NCBI RefSeq assembly: GCF_009914755.1 | Contig: NC_060925.1 | Origin: the human T2T-CHM13v2.0 reference genome, Homo sapiens | DNA length: 64,000 nt | Direction: 5' to 3' (one strand) | Shown: piece by piece, positions 1 to 12,222 of the stretch | How positions within the stretch are numbered: position 1 is the first letter of the stretch | How the letters are laid out: every line of letters starts with the position of its first letter | The notes under the pieces: generated by a model | Database searches by the model: none | What the model saw: only the letters and a program-made list of their open reading frames with translations | What the model was told of the DNA's origin: nothing | Translations under genes and position numbers: made by a program

Positions 1-3000
1 ACAACCCCCAGGATAAACCACCCTGTGAGCCCAGGAAGAGAAGATGGCTGGATTCCCTCTCAACACTCTCCTGCCTCAGTGTGAATTTAATCCCCATACC
101 CCATAAGCCCCAGAGCCTCCATTCTGTTGCTGCTACAGCACCTGTCCAAAGTTCCCTCCTTTCCAATTTTGGTCTCATCACTAAACTTCAGACCTCCGTG
201 ACCACTGGTCTGGACTTTTGCAATAATGCCCTCATTGTTCTTCTGCCTCTACTCACTCTCCAAGCCTTTCTGCTGATGGATTGCTCTTCCTGAGGCACAA
301 GTCCCACCATGATATATCCCTGCTCAAGAATGTCCATGGTTTCCCATTTTCTGCCCTAAAGTCTAAATTCCTTAGAATCCTGAAGGCTTTCTATGACAAG
401 GCCTTTCCCTGAATTCCTAAGCTCATCACTCTGAAGACACTTGGAGATCCAGCAAGTGCCACTCCTTAAATATGACTTGAACACTTCTGCCTCCATGCCT
501 TCCTTCCTGCTCTTCTTTCTGCTTGGCATGCTCTTCCTTTGTCTCAGCCTGCCTAAATCCTACCCATCTCACAAAGCTCAGGACAAAGGCCTCCTCCCCC
601 ATGAAGCTTTGCCCAAGCTAGAATGACCGTCACCCTCCTAAGTGTTGCCACAGGGCATTATGCTTCCATTCGGCTCACATTACAAGTATTTCTGTGTTCC
701 CTACTAGAGTGGGGCTGGGCTATGCTTGCTTGCTCACAGCATCTCACATTAGTGCCTGCCATATCAGCAACATGCAATGAGCGTTGGTAGAACTGAATTG
801 CAGAGTACAGCTGGGGCTCCGTGGAACAGAACCAGTTGGAAATAGGATGTGAATGAGAACAGCTCACAGAATGACCTGCTGTGCCTGCCAGAATTTGGAA
901 AGTTGGGGTGACCACTGACACCACTCTGGGAGCAAGTATTCGGGTTCCACTTAAATATACAAATGTAGGCCCAGGACTTCCACCAAAATGAAGCCCCTTC
1001 TGGGCTTGTGTTTGAGGAGCTGTATAGGGTGATAGAGTGACACTGGTAAGGATTGCTGTCCTCTCTACTTTATTTTTTTTTTTAAGGTTCAAGATCTGAG
1101 TTGCCATAAAAATAAAAACCTTGGTGGGGGTGGGGGGGTGGAGGGATTTGAAAGAAAACTGTAAATTATCAAGAAAAATGATTCATTTCTCAGATGAAGA
1201 CCCTCAGTCCCAAGAAAAGCAAGGGTGAGTATGCCCAAGGTCACCCAGCCAGGGTGAAGGGTGGGACTTAGCCTGTCCCAATCCCAGTCTACTATTTTCT
1301 GCTCCACCACCATAGCTGCCCAGGGTGAAGACACCATCAGTTCTTAAGGTCACTTCTAATTTGGGGAAATAAAAGGTCTTGAAGGTTACACAGAGATTTG
1401 TGCACTGCTGATCTTAATTTTATGCTTGCCGTCATAAAACCAGTTTATGCTTATACAACTAAAGGGGGAAGACATGCATCCAATTCTCTCAGTTTCAGTT
1501 CTTTGTCTTTGCATCAGTTATTTAGATTTTTCCCTTCTCTGCTCATTATCACTTTTCCTGAGGAGGTAACAAAATGTCTTTTTCAATTTTCTTCTGGGAC
1601 TAATTCTCACTGGGATCACCCATTTTTTTCTCCAGTTTGCAACTGGCTAGATTTGATTGGAATAGATAAGGCCTCCGACCATAGGCTGTTGAAAGGCCCT
1701 TTGTTTGTGGATTACAAGCGGTCATTCAGTTTATCCCATTCATTATGCGACCCTACTTTTTTGAGTTGCAAGGTTAAGGCCTGGGGCAAAATGTTGATGG
1801 AAAGGAACATTAAGCACCAAGTAGTACCGTGTTTGTGTTCATTCCAATCCACATTCACCTCCCTTAACTGGTGAAGGTTATGACTACAGCCCACTCTCTA
1901 GTGACTCATTTCAGGAAAAGGACATGTGACAAGAACCTGTCTCACATGGGACTGCTTGCCAGGGGTGCCAGGACAGAGATGGCATTGTTCAGGAAAGATT
2001 CAGGAAGTCAAACATCCGGAGAAAAGCATGCATGGTTAACTCACCCCACAGGCTGGATGAGAACATATTTTTTTTCTCACTGATCAATCTGTTTATCTAC
2101 TTCTACAAGGGCACTCAGAGGACTTCTGGAATAATTATTCCTTTTGGTCTTAAATGCAGCTTTCCTGATGGGCCAGGAAAGGGAGAAGGGATAAGTATTC
2201 CTGGAAGTGTTTTACCTGTTGTCACATTAATTCTATCCTCCCAATAGCTTTTTGAGATCAACATTATCCCCACTCTCAATGTATAAATGGGGCAATTTAG
2301 ATAAGGCAAGTTAAGGAATTTGCCCAGGCCTATCTGCTACTAAGTGGCAGACACAGGATTCAAACTTGGATCGAGGTTGACATTGAAGTGTATTTCCAAT
2401 GTCAGAAAATGTCCTCTTTCCATGCTAGTGCCCAGGTTTCCTCTCAGACAAGTAGCAGCTGCTAAATGCTACTGCAGAGCATTGTCTCTCCCAAACACAT
2501 CTCTGTTCTGACCTCTTTCCATCTAGCTGTCCTCAAAACCCACACAAATTCCACCTTCTCCATGAAGACTTCCTGATCAGCCCATCCCAAGAGACTATGT
2601 ACAGTCTCACACGCGCTCTCTCTCTTCTACCTCTGTAATCCTCTCTGCTTGCACTCCTGGTTTAGCCCTTAATAGATATAACTTACTGCATATAAACTTT
2701 CACTTGCATACGCAAACTCCCAGCTGTACTATAAACTCCTCAAGGACATGAACAATGCCTCTGTTGAGCCCTGAGAATTTGTAGCATAACGAATAATACC
2801 AACTAGCTGCTGCAAAATGCGTGTTGAATAATTAACTGGTTAATTTTTAGGAGAGGATATGGGAGTCCTCATGATTCTGTTAAGTAGACAAGCATGGAAA
2901 ACTCAAAGGCAAGTAGTTGTCTCTTTGGCTAAGACTCCCCTTAGCACCACAGTCTGTAATTCACTCACCAAATCTTTCTGGGTGTTTTAGAGAAGATGGA

Positions 3001-4814
3001 CATTGCTCTGCACTGAAACCATGCGTTAAGCCCTCTGCCGGTTTTAGGGCAGACTAAAGCACCCTGCCCAAAGCTCAGAAGGTTCAGGTGAGTTCAGAAA
3101 GCTCCAGGCTTTCTGGCAGCCTAGTATGTTCCCTTAGTCTTTTCCCAGTCTGGGCACTCACTCCCAGCTCCTCCCCAGGTGTCCACCTCTTAGCCTCACC
3201 CCAGGCCTTAGTGATGACAGCACTAGGCAGCAACTGGTATCTCCCCTGGAGGCAAATATGCCTGCACAAAGCCCAGACCTTATGCTCTTCTCTCCTGGGA
3301 TTCTGCTTATTTTCTTTCTCCTTAACTTATTGCCCCTTCTTCTATGTGGTCTGTTAATCTCCAGATCTTTGAGAAGGATGACCATGATGTCAGAGCACGG
3401 GCCTTGGCATGGCCTGTCTGCATCTCTCTACTCTCCGCTCCCCGCAAGATTCCTGGGTCATGTGGGGCTTCCTCAGCACCCCCTCTCCATGCAGCTCCTC
3501 CTCTCTGAGTCTGCCTCCTGCCTTTCCTTCCAGCCCCATCCAGGGTGTGGAGAGAGCTCTTGACCACAGGTGGAGGTGCCCTTCCCCACACCTGATGAGC
3601 TCTGTCCACACTTGGAGACCAGCTTGTGCCCTATGGGTCTGAGCCTGGGCCTGCCTGTCCCCCAACCTGGCCATGAGGGCCCTGAAGCCACCATCACGTC
3701 TTACCTTTATTTCTGATGCCTAGATCTGTGACTGTCACATAGTAAGTGGTCAATCAATATCAACAGAAGGTGGAAATAAATGGTAAATGAGTAAACAGTC
3801 TTGGTTCTGCTCTATGAAAATACCGAACACATCAACTCACTCTGACATTAACCGTTTAGACACTTAAAGCAGGCCTCTGAACTAGACAGATCTGGAAGCA
3901 TCACATAGATCACCAATCACCTCATCTACAAGATGAAGACCAAGACTGGTAAGTGGCTTGCACAAGGTTATACAGAGTGTGAGTGGCAGACCCAGACTGG
4001 ATCAGACTCTCTGAGTCCCTGCTGAAGGCACCATCTCAGCCATGCTTTCAGAGTAAGAAAGCTTTGCTTCTAAAATACCTAGTAATTCAGACTTTTCTCC
4101 CAATTATTTCTAATTAGTAACCTACCTAGCACTGATGAGTTCTTGAATATATGCATGCATGCATGCATGTATAAGTGAATGAATGAATGAAGGCGAGGTC
4201 ATGCTGGATTCACAGCAGCAGCAGTGCAGCTTTTCCAATAAAGGCACTAGGGATGTGTGCAGGATTGAGGTGATGCGTTTAAGGCATCTTTCTGCCTCAC
4301 AACCCTGACACTGTGCATACCCGGGCTCTGCCATCGCCCCTACTCTGCAGACTGACAGAGGCTGTTCTGAGCTGTCCTTGCCAGCACCATTCTTGTTGAA
4401 ACTATTAGGTTGCTATTGTTTTTAGCAAACAAACAGCTGATGCCTCATAGAAAATTTAGCATTTGCTCATTCCTGTTCCATTTATCTTTTAGTTTGTGCA
4501 TTTTCTCTTCTTTATTAGCAGGGCACTTACTGGAAAACTAGATCTCTGTCACTTACTGGTTTCATATGTTTCTTCTGTTCATAACCTACCTGGAGTCAGA
4601 ATTATGTCTCTGTCACAGAGCAATTGGTTGCTATGGAAATGATCATAGCACCCCAGACAGGAGGCCTGCGTTGGAGAGAAGAGGGAGTGCTGTGCCCATT
4701 GGGGTGGGGGTGGGTATGGGGGAGGTGCTGCAGGAATCCTGAGTGTGACTTTTTAAGCTAGTACTGACTTGTCTAGGCCAACCTGGTCATCTTGACCCTC
4801 TTCCTACTCAAAGT

Positions 4815-4834
4815 TGTGTGTGTGTGTGTGTGTG
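4815..4834. repeat. (TG)n microsatellite
   Basis: About 10 TG units; a similar tract lies at 17600-17618. Confidence 0.9.
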
Positions 4835-5699
4835 ACACTTCACTTATCCACACTCCCACGCACCCCACCCAAATATAAAACAAATGCTTCCCCTAACTTC
4901 TCTCTTCTACCTCCAAGTCCAACTTAAAGTTCACCTCCTCAATCTTCTGTGGTTAACCACCCCTGACTAACCCCTTCGCCAATCAAACCCCCCCCCCCAT
5001 TCCTAGTGAGTTTGTACTTAATTCAATTGCATTGGAATCACTTGCATTCCTTCTCCTGGGCTTTTTTTTTTTTTTTTTTTTTTTTTTTCTTACCGGGCTT
5101 ATGTGCTTTATCTTCCCAACAGTATCCAGGCCCCACAGAAGTCCATCTGGGCCAGTTGGTTTTATCTTCCCACAGAGCCCAAGCCAAGCTTGGCTGACCA
5201 CAGGCCCCTGATAAATGCTGCCCCCGACTCTCAGAGAGATGGACAGTCTCAGCCCCTGAGCCTGTCCACTTTAACCCATCCAATCTTACCTCCTGAGGAT
5301 CAGTATGCCTAGAGCAATAGGCAAATTAGACAGCTCTGGATATAATTTTAAACACTGTCAACCCAATGAAAGGAGAAAAACTCTAAAGCTTCATTTGCCT
5401 AAAACGTCCTCAGATGAAAAAGGAAGAATGAGAAAACAGTTTAGTTATTTAAAACTGTCTTATTTTTGTGGGTTTTAACTCATTTATGTTTCAAGTTTGC
5501 CCTTAGTCTTGGTTGCCTGTCACCCACAGCAACTTTGACCTCCAGAACCCTTAGGGTTCACATGCAGTGACTCTCCCTTCTGGGTTTCCACTGAAGGACC
5601 TTGCGGGACTGTCCAGGTCAATGGCAGCTGTACATGGTGGGAGAACCTGGGCCTGTTCCAAAGTGCTTTATAGGACAAGGTTAAGCTCACAAACATGAG

Positions 5700-7060
5700 T
5701 TGTGGACTTGGGGCCTTTCCTTTGTCTAACGGGCAATATCCTTACATCCGGGACCTGGGGGTGCCGAGCCCGTGAACTTCCCTTGCGGCCTGTGGTTGGA
5801 GACAAATAGCTGTGCTGGCTCCGTTGGCAGAGTTGGTGTTGGTTTTGGTGCCCCAACCTCCTTTTTCTGGAATCTGCCCCATATTCAGTCCCCAGATGGA
5901 AGTAAGCTGATACTCAGGTAAGAAGGGGGCGAAAGTCAGGGTGCCTCTAGTGTGGAGTCGACGCTAGGGCTGGACGCCATGGTTCCACATCCCAGAGCCC
6001 ATCTGAAAGACCTTCTTTGGCGTGCCGCTCAGAGCTGCTCAGAGAGCGTGGAGCTCGGCCCCCAGCTCAGCCCAGGGCTCTGTGCACTCATGGAAAGGGG
6101 CATCGTGCCTGGAAACGCGAGCGGCCATTCTGGCGCAGGGACAGGGCCTGGGCGTCTGTGTGTGCTCGTGCCCAGTTGAGAGACTTGGACGGGGCGCGGA
6201 GGGCTTGCTTCTTTCCCAACCTAAGGGCTGTTTCAGTGAGGTCGTCCTTCTGAGGCCTGAGATGGTGCCGGGGGTGGCCTCACCAGGAAAAGGCGCAAGG
6301 CAAACATTGAACAGACAGGCTGGAGCTCCCAGGAGGAGCTTTGGTCCGTGGCAACTGGGAGAAGGGCCTCTTTTGGGGACAGCTGATAAAAAAGCTGCCA
6401 CCCTATCCTCCAGCTCCCCCACCTCAGGGCCCCACTGGAAGACAGGCTTGACTTTCTTCATCCCGCGCAGCACGGGCTTGGTGAAGCTGGAAGGAACCCT
6501 CTCATGCAGTCTCCCGGCTTCTGCTTCCGACTGAACCCTCCAGCCTAGGCTTCAGGCCAGGCCTCTGTCCCCACACAATGGGGACTTGGATAGTGATTTT
6601 TAGGATTCTTTCTAGCTTTCTACCCTGACTAGAAAAGAGAAGAGGAAGTGCCCCGTTGGCTCTGCCGTGGACCAGAAGACCTTCCCCTACTGCTCATATT
6701 TAGTTAGCAATTACCCAAGGTGTCCAAGGCCCCTCCAACACTGTCACTCACTGCTAGGAGAGGCCAGAACTCCAACTCAGGCTGTGCGGCTGGCTGCAAG
6801 GGGGTGACGTCTGGGTTAGCTGTTTGGAGACGGAACCACAGGTCAGCTTTAGAGCTGATGGCGCCTTCATGGGCACAACGGGAAACCAAGACAGGCAGTT
6901 ACCAAGTGATCCTTCAGCATCTGGGCGAGACGCTTTGTCTTTCCCAGAGAAACTATTTCAATGAGTTCTTCCCGGGAGAGAGGGAAAACAAAGCTCAAAT
7001 ACCAGAGCCGCAGAAACCGCCTGAGGCTGATTTGCTCTGACAGGCCGGCGGCTGCCCTCT
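5700..7060. promoter_or_regulatory. CpG-enriched non-repeat patch, candidate promoter or enhancer
   Basis: Clearly more CpG than the flanks, GC-box-like ggggcg motifs, strong + strand donor CAG|GTAAGA at 5917/5918. Confidence 0.4.
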
Positions 7061-8188
7061 CCCAGGGACAGCCTTGGTCCAAAAGAATAAAGGAGACCTT
7101 GCAGGCCAGAACCCAAAAGTGCAAGGTGCAGGTTTGCAAAGTGTGTCCCTCAGGCTCTGTGCATCCCCAATCCAGAAGTTGAACACCCATCCACATGGTG
7201 CCTTCACAGCACATGAAGAAAAAGAGGGGCAGGTTGCAGAGGAGCAGGACAGGGGGACGTGTTGCCAAGAGCAGGCAAAGGTCTGACCTGATGGCAGCTC
7301 TGAATTGGGTCTGGCGGGAGTTGGAGGTAACTGCATTATGGGAAAGACTGAAAGGTTAATATGAAACCAGCTGATACTGAAAGAGAACAATTAGGAAGGT
7401 TAAGGGGTTTAATATTAGATAAATGGCTGCCAGAGGATAAAGTTCACAACTTCCATGAAAGAAGTCTGACTCAGAGAATTCTTTTTAGTGGACCAGACCA
7501 AGGTCTGATTTTGTTATTTTTTTTTCTTCCCAGTAACTGAGAGAAAATTACCATTCATTCACATAAGATTCATTCTCTTCCCTCCTCCTGCTCCTTCCTC
7601 CGGCTTCCCATCTCTCTCCTGTTTGGAAATGTCTGATTTCCTTCCAGTTCTGGAATGAATCAGGGTCCCACCTTCCAGTCTGCATACCCCACACTCCTCT
7701 CCACCTGTAGGGGTTCTTTCTCAGTGAGATTTGTGGGGCCCTACAAGAATATTTTTGTCAGTGTTGCTTGTATTCTGGAAATATTTCAGGCCACTAAGCG
7801 ATCTCACAGATCAGTAGTCAACCCAGGCGAGACATTCCGAGCCAATAAGGAGTTAACCCAAACATGGGGAGACGGGCTGGTTGATTTGAGGTGGCTGAGG
7901 AGATTGGGGGAGATGGGGAATTCTCATAGTCTCCAAACCCAGCAATTCCTTCCTGGGAGTTTTTTAAACATTCCTTCCTGGGAGAAGGGCCTCTGATGGG
8001 GACAGCTGATAAAGGAGCTGCCACCCCCTCCTCCAGCTCCCCACCCCCGTGCCCCACTGGAAGACAGGCTTGATTTCCACATCCTGCCTAGCACGGGCTT
8101 GGTGAAGCTGGCAGAAGCCCTCTCATCAGTCTCTGTTCTTCTGTCTGGACTGAACCCTCCAGCCCAGGCTTCAGGCCAGGCCTTTGTC
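6355..8188 (+). repeat. ~213-bp direct duplication of apparently unique DNA (6355-6569 and 7978-8188)
   Basis: Roughly 85% identity by hand alignment. Confidence 0.93.
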
Positions 8189-8189
8189 T

Positions 8190-8318
8190 GAACAGATTCC
8201 CAGGCCCCACCCACCCTCGACTAACTGAATTTGAATCTTTGAGGGCACAGTCTGGGCATCTGCATATTCTGAAGTTCCTCGATGACCCCATGACCTGCCC
8301 AGTTTGGGAACCACTGGC
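8190..8318. mobile_element. MER5A-like, one half only
   Basis: cagattcccaggcccca...catctgcatatt...agtttgggaaccactg. Confidence 0.65.
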
Positions 8319-8525
8319 TCAGGGGCCACATGGAAAAAAGGCCAGGCAGGGAGGGGCCGGGGCCTCTCAGACTTTGGGCTGGGCCATTTGTGTGATTCCC
8401 TAGTTCCCATCCCAGCCAGTGAGTTTCTTGGAGCAGACATTTCCTCTTACTTATCCCCTCTTACAATCCCCACACAGGGCTGGCCACGTTTAGTATGTGG
8501 GAGCTGAATTAAGTTTCCAAATCTC

Positions 8526-8640
8526 ATGGCTCATGTCTGTAATCCCAATATTTTGGGAGGCCAAGGCGGGAGGATCACCTGAGCCCAGAAATTTGAGACC
8601 AGCCTGGGCAACATGGGAAGACCCTGTCTCTACAAAAATT
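8526..8640 (+). mobile_element. Alu left monomer (FLAM-like)
   Basis: ggctcatgtctgtaatccc...accctgtctctacaaaaa. Confidence 0.85.
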
Positions 8641-9029
8641 TAAACGTTAAAAATATTTTTTAATTAAAATTTTGAAATGTCTCCCCTTCCTAGACCCTGA
8701 ACCTGTTCAGTTCTCAAGTTGACATGTTCAGAGGCCTGGCTGGTAGAGCCCGGGCCTGGTCCCACAGAATCAGCATGGTCCTGAAACACAAGAGCACAGG
8801 AGGCAAAGCTGGAAGGGCCCTTAGAGAACCTCTAGTCCAATAGCTTTCAAATTGTAATCCTAGGTACCCTGGGGTCCCATGGTGGAACCTCAGAGAGCAG
8901 GAAAAGGGAAGGGCAGAGGCTCAGTGGGAGGAAATGCCGGCCCTCCCCCCACCTCCACCCTTCCTTCAACCAGGCCAGCTCTGCTTTCACAGCTTTGTGT
9001 GACTTTCGCAATAACCAAATGGCTTCCAA

Positions 9030-9550
9030 GCTTCTCCCCTTGCCAACCCCACCCCCAGCCCCTGTCTATTTTCCATCTGGTGTCCAGAATGATCATTTCA
9101 AAACATAAGGCTCATCATGTCCCTCTTCTGTTCAAGACCCTACATTTGGCTTTCCATTTCACTCAACAGCAATCCAAGGTCCTCTTCATGGCCGGCAAGT
9201 CCCACCTGTTCTCACCCCGGCTGCCCCTACCTCATCTCAGCCACGCTGGCCTCCTTCGTATCCCTGAATGCACCAAGCAGGCTCTTATCCGACACCTGGG
9301 CAGGTCTTCTTCCTTCTGCTGGAAACACTCTTCCCCAAATAGCTGCATCCCTTGCTTCCTCTTGTCCTGACCACCCTATCAAAAAAGGCATCCTGTTCCA
9401 TCAGCCCAGCCCCTTCCTGTACTGTACTGACTGTCCCTACTGAAATATAGGCTCCACGAAGGGGAGGACTTTGTTTTTTTTTCACTGCTATGTCCCCAGC
9501 ACCAAGAACAACAGTGGCTGGCACATAGTAGGTGCTCAATAAATAATGAT
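9030..9550 (+). mobile_element. L2 3' fragment
   Basis: Ends in ggcacatagtaggtgctcaataaata. Confidence 0.7.
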
Positions 9551-10802
9551 TTCCTGATTTAATCAGATTGGTTTTGAGTCTAAAGTTATTTTGTACGTTT
9601 TCTTCTTTACACATTTCTCTATTTTTCAAATTTTCTGCAGTAAATATGCATGTTTTTACCATCAGAAAAAGCAGTAAATGACATAGTCTTTTCTCTAGGA
9701 CCAATCTTTGGGAGACTCAGAGCTGCTAGAGAATAATTTAAGAAGATGAAGGGAGGCCCTGCCTTGAGCCCCTGGTTCTGAGCAGCACCAGGTCGGTCCT
9801 GGTAGACTATAACAATACCACTGATTCCTAATGGTGGATGGGGGAACTTAGTGGGGCTAAGCAGACCCCACTTACCTAACAGCATTTTGTCTTGGGGTCA
9901 CTGGGGAAGGAGAGAGAAGGAGTGAAAACACGACCAGCAGCAACCCCCTCCCCACTGAAATGCACCAGGATCTCCCTAACCCGATACAACAGACATGAGG
10001 ACATGGGCTCCCAAGCACCCTCCAGTAAGGCATTGTGGCCATAGGTCATTCTTTAACTGGCACAACTGGCTTTTCTCAGACAGACTTTCTCTTTATTTTC
10101 TTCAGGGACTATTACTCTGAGGCCTAGTACCTGCTGCCTCTGCTTATATGACTGAATCTAGAACAAAGAAGAAACATCTTAGCTGAGGGGTCAGGGCTCT
10201 GGCCTGACAGAAACCCTGTGGTCTTGTCTCCATGTCAGAGCCCCATGACTCCAAGTGGGTGGGAGTCCTGGGCTCGCCCATGACTCATTGTTCGAGTTCG
10301 TAGAGAACTCAGAAGTTCCATATGGAAGCACAGCCTCACAGGCTAGAGACAATTCAGGAAACGAAAGCCCCATTCACTTGATTATTGGTTCATTTTCTGA
10401 TGGAAGCTTTGCTGATCCTCTTTCATAAGGACCATCTGAAATAGACAACTGAAAAGAGAACTAGGGGGCCATTTCCCTTCCCTCCTCTAGCCCCTGAGCT
10501 CGGTCATCAGAGTCATGTGGACCCTAGCCCCTGGAGCTGGATAGGGCCCAGGGGTCATCTGGCCACTGTCTGTTTCATTGTGACTTACCAGGCAGGCCCC
10601 CTGATACTCAGGGACACAGCTGCCTGCCTCCTGGGCTGACTTTCCTGCAATGCTCTAGAGCGGAGCCAGCCAGCTTCTCCAAGAAGCCGGTGGTAAATAC
10701 TCGCTCTGGGCACTGTCACCTTTTCTTTGTTTTTTCCTTACAACCCTTTAGAAACATAAAACCATCCTGAGCTCACGGGCTTCACAGAAACAGGCTGTGA
10801 GG

Positions 10803-11025
10803 ATAGGCAAAGTACAGCCCATGAGCAAGACCCAGCCCACTGCCTGTTTTTGTAAAATAAAGTTTTAGTGGACACAGCCCTGCTGATCTCTTGATGAATT
10901 GCCTATGGCTGCTTCCACGCTACTACAATCGTGGAATTCTGTAGTTGAGACAGAGCCTGTAAGGTCAATAAAGCCAAAAATAGTTTCTATCTGTCCCTTC
11001 ATAGAAAACATCTGCCAAGCCCTTC
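10803..11025. mobile_element. MER58A-like hAT MITE
   Basis: ggcaaagtacagccc...tgtttttgtaaaataaagttt...tgccaagccc. Confidence 0.7.
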
Positions 11026-11893
11026 TCTAAAGTTTCATATGCATTCGTTCCTATTTAACACTCAAAACAATTTTTGAGATTAGTATTAGAGATGAGTATT
11101 CCTAATCTTACAGATGAAGAAACCGAGAACGAGAAAGGATAAGGCTTGCTCAAGGTCACATGGCTAATGAGGGGCAGAACCAGAACCCAAACCCAGATCT
11201 CATCTCTAAACCAGGGCTTCTTCACCTGGTGAAGCCGCTCCCGAAAGGTGGCAATTGTGAAGCGTGGAATATATCTCCTGTTCAGCCCCATCAAGTAGGG
11301 TAGCAGCAGGTTCCTTGGTGCCACGGTCTGAGAGAGACAAACTGACCTTGAACAGAAACTCTTAAGATTCTCACCAAATCCCACTGTGCAGAGAATGTCT
11401 CCAAGCCCAGTGTGCTCTCTGTGCACAGGAAAGATTCCTTTGGCAAGCTGGCTGGCTGGCAGGAGAGCTGTCCCCTAAAAGCCAAGTTTGGCTTCTGTTA
11501 AACATTTAACAACAGGTCGTCACTTCACTGTGAAGAGCCACAGAGCTGCTGCCATCTTCCCATGGAGACGTGGACTGCCCTTGGATCCCCCCAGGTCCCA
11601 GGGCTGCCATTTCCTCTAACTGCTGGGAACAGCTATGCCATTATTTGTATGAGAGAGACCCCCAGTGGATATTGCTGGTATCACTGTCCCTAAAAGCAGC
11701 TCGGCAAACACCTTCCAGGCTCCCAGAAGCTGGGTGTGTTCAAGATTATTACATTTGAGTAATTGCCCCAGTACCTAAAACCCAATGAGCATTGTCCTCT
11801 TCAAAATCCTTCCCGAGGGAGGTTGGTGCCTGCATGTTCTAACAATGCTGCCATTTCACAGAATGTATTTGGAACGCTTCCTTCAAACCTGAT

Positions 11894-12222
<329 letters not shown>

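Noticed and set aside
658-1107. 149-aa ORF and other 100-170 aa ORFs in bases 1-26,000 (e.g. 1398-1874, 6022-6534, 8879-9370)
   Set aside because: No recognisable protein similarity or exon structure, and several overlap L2/MIR repeats. Such lengths are expected by chance.
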